From Macrostomum lignano (taxonomy: Eukaryota): DNA of 64,000 bases. Location: positions 79,386 to 143,385 of the forward strand of contig NIVC01002260.1 in NCBI GenBank assembly GCA_002269645.1, read 5' to 3'. The notes below the pieces were generated by a model, which worked only from the letters and a program-made list of their open reading frames with translations, searched no databases and was not told where the DNA came from. How positions within the stretch are numbered: position 1 is the stretch's first letter; every line of letters begins with the position of its first letter. Made by a program: the position numbers and the translations under genes. This document shows positions 62,401 through 64,000 of the stretch, piece by piece.

Positions 62401-64000
62401 AGAACATCGAACAAATACTGCGCTCGAGGACCCCGCAAGACATACAAGTGCAGCAGCGGCCGAGCCAACAAAGTCATCGCTTCCAAGTGCAACAACCGAC
62501 GAGCGTGCAGGGTGCGAAGCAACAACGCCGTCTTCGGAGATCCTTGCCGCGGAACATACAAGTACATGACCGTGAGGTACAGATGCCAGCTGGCTTCATC
62601 GGTTGTGTCTAGCTACGCGAAGCGCAGAGCTCGACTTGCACGACTGCACAAGAAACGATTGAACGCTCTTCGATCGAGGCACAGGCGCAGAGTCGCTCGC
62701 TGATCCGACTGCTGAGACGAGCTAGACGAGGATCGAAGAGATGCGTCCGAAGGAGACGACCTTCCAGAGGTTAGTCGGCTATTCGGTCGACCGTTTATTA
62801 AAATCAAAATAACTACAGAAGTAAACTATTGATGCCCCACCTAGTAAATTGCTTCCTCAAATATCTAGTGAGACTTTGAGCTACGGATTTTAGAGTTGAA
62901 GCACTTTCACCCAAGTTCATACGTTGCTCCTCACCGAAATACAACATACTCAGGCAAGAAATGCGGCCGACGAACCTGCCGAAGGAACCAGAAGTGCGTG
63001 ACACGAAGATCTAGCAGGCGAATCCGAAGCCTCAGAAGAAGCATCAACAAACTGCGACGAGCTCACAAGAGCAGGACTGTCGCCGAGAGACGACGACATG
63101 CAGCCTCCATCCGAAAGAGCCGAACACCAGCTCGCTACCGCCGTAAGCAATACTACTGAAACTGCATTACGTGATTGCTCAGGTTGTTTACGAGTATATC
63201 ACGCTTTACGAACGGTGCATTATTTACCGCTTCAGGAGTGCGAGTGAAGCACGCTTGCGAGGGCAAATCTCTGACCATCAGATGTCCATCCAGATACGTC
63301 ATCCGGGTGCTGCGCGGATTCTATGGCAGAACATCGAACAAATACTGCGCTCGAGGACCCCGCAAGACATACAAGTGCAGCAGCGGCCGAGCCAACAAAG
63401 TCATCGCTTCCAAGTGCAACAACCGACGAGCGTGCAGGGTGCGAAGCAACAACGCCGTCTTCGGAGATCCTTGCCGCGGAACATACAAGTACATGACCGT
63501 GAGATACAGATGCCAGCTGGCTTCATCGGTTGTGTCTAGCTACGCGAAGCGCAGAGCTCGACTTGCACGACTGCACAAGAAACGATTGAACGCTCTTCGA
63601 TCGAGGCACAGGCGCAGAGTCGCTCGGCTGATCGACTGCTGAGACGAGCTAGACGAGGATCGAAGAGATGCGTCCGAAGGAGACGACCTTCCAGAGGTTA
63701 GTCGGCTATTCGGTCGACCGTTTATTAAAATCAAAATAACTACAGAAGTAAACTATTGATGCCCCACCTAGTAAATTGCTTCCTCAAATATCTAGTGAGA
63801 CTTTGAGCTACGGATTTTAGAGTTGAAGCACTTTCACCCAAGTTCATACGTTGCTCCTCACCGAAATACAACATACTCAGGCAAGAAATGCGGCCGACGA
63901 ACCTGCCGAAGGAACCAGAAGTGCGTGACACGAAGATCTAGCAGCGCGAATCCGAAGCCTCAGAAGAAGCATCAACAAACTGCGACGAGCTCACAAGAGC
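53425..64000 (+). CDS. Gene B: giant secreted Arg-rich protein (Arg-Ala rod, about 23 CPxGY repeats, 2 hemicentin-type vWA domains, FOLN modules, 4+ tandem FOLN-SUEL units); continues beyond the window
   Basis: Signal peptide MRLTVLFLLSVCLFLALTSDVGES, paralogous to gene A. Exons 53425-53501, 53623-55239, 55323-55541, 55620-56023, 56197-56247, 56348-56392, 56483-56578, 56686-56924, 57020-57261, 57399-57928, 58184-58300, 58401-58696, 58791-58985, 59095-59521, 59604-59735, 59815-59922 join in frame, then repeat exon pairs from 60171; each SUEL exon carries a 1 nt deletion. Confidence 0.8.
56815..57590 (+). other. vWA domain 1 of gene B (hemicentin/VWA7 type), split by two introns
   Basis: DVAFVVDVSGSM (MIDAS DxSxS), FILVPFADPKVGP, GGGDCPEMS, IVYVFTDA, VQLNFLLTG. 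Confidence 0.9.
58555..59270 (+). other. vWA domain 2 of gene B (hemicentin/VWA7 type), split by two introns
   Basis: DMAFVVDTTGSM, FVISAFNDPKVGP, GGGDCPERS, IYVFTDASAKD, LQVMFIITG. Confidence 0.9.
60171..64000 (+). repeat. About 928 bp tandem duplication of a two-exon FOLN+SUEL lectin unit including introns (4 full copies plus a partial fifth)
   Basis: FOLN exons 60171-60356, 61096-61284, 62025-62213, 62954-63142, 63881-end; SUEL exons 60452-60912, 61380-61840, 62309-62769, 63236-63696; introns near-identical. Confidence 0.95.

Noticed and set aside
31251-64000. Identity with the described Macrostomum adhesive proteins ap1/ap2
   Set aside because: As recalled, those carry C-type lectin, vWD, C8, TIL, EGF or TSP domains, none of which I see here; no gene symbol assigned; needs BLAST confirmation

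Overview
Eukaryotic (animal) genomic window with GC-rich exons, AT-rich flanks and many short-period minisatellites. The style resembles the free-living flatworm Macrostomum (inference only). The left third holds a complete 13-coding-exon PRP8 gene (5313-19687, 2405 aa). Most of its introns contain a minisatellite. Two introns host paralogous box C/D RNAs with compensatory base changes, and one hosts a frameshifted antisense PAN/apple-domain gene. The middle has a CORE-like SINE, small or unassigned ORFs and more minisatellites. The right half holds the most unusual system: two tandem, paralogous genes for very large secreted Arg/Lys-rich proteins. Gene A (31251-45136, about 4085 aa) has 14 follistatin-N-like (FOLN) cysteine modules, 2 SUEL/rhamnose-binding lectin domains and a 6.46 kb exon encoding about 1950 aa of protamine-like repeat. 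Gene B (53425 to beyond 64000) has an Arg-Ala rod, about 23 CPxGY repeats, 2 hemicentin-type vWA domains, FOLN modules and a 928 bp tandem FOLN+SUEL unit. In both proteins the lectin domains, and in gene B the vWA domains, lie inside the loop of a small cysteine module and are flanked by cationic arms. This suggests adhesion domains carried on stalks in a glue, mucus or cement-type secretion (inference). All exon boundaries were assigned by hand from GT/AG signals and frame continuity.
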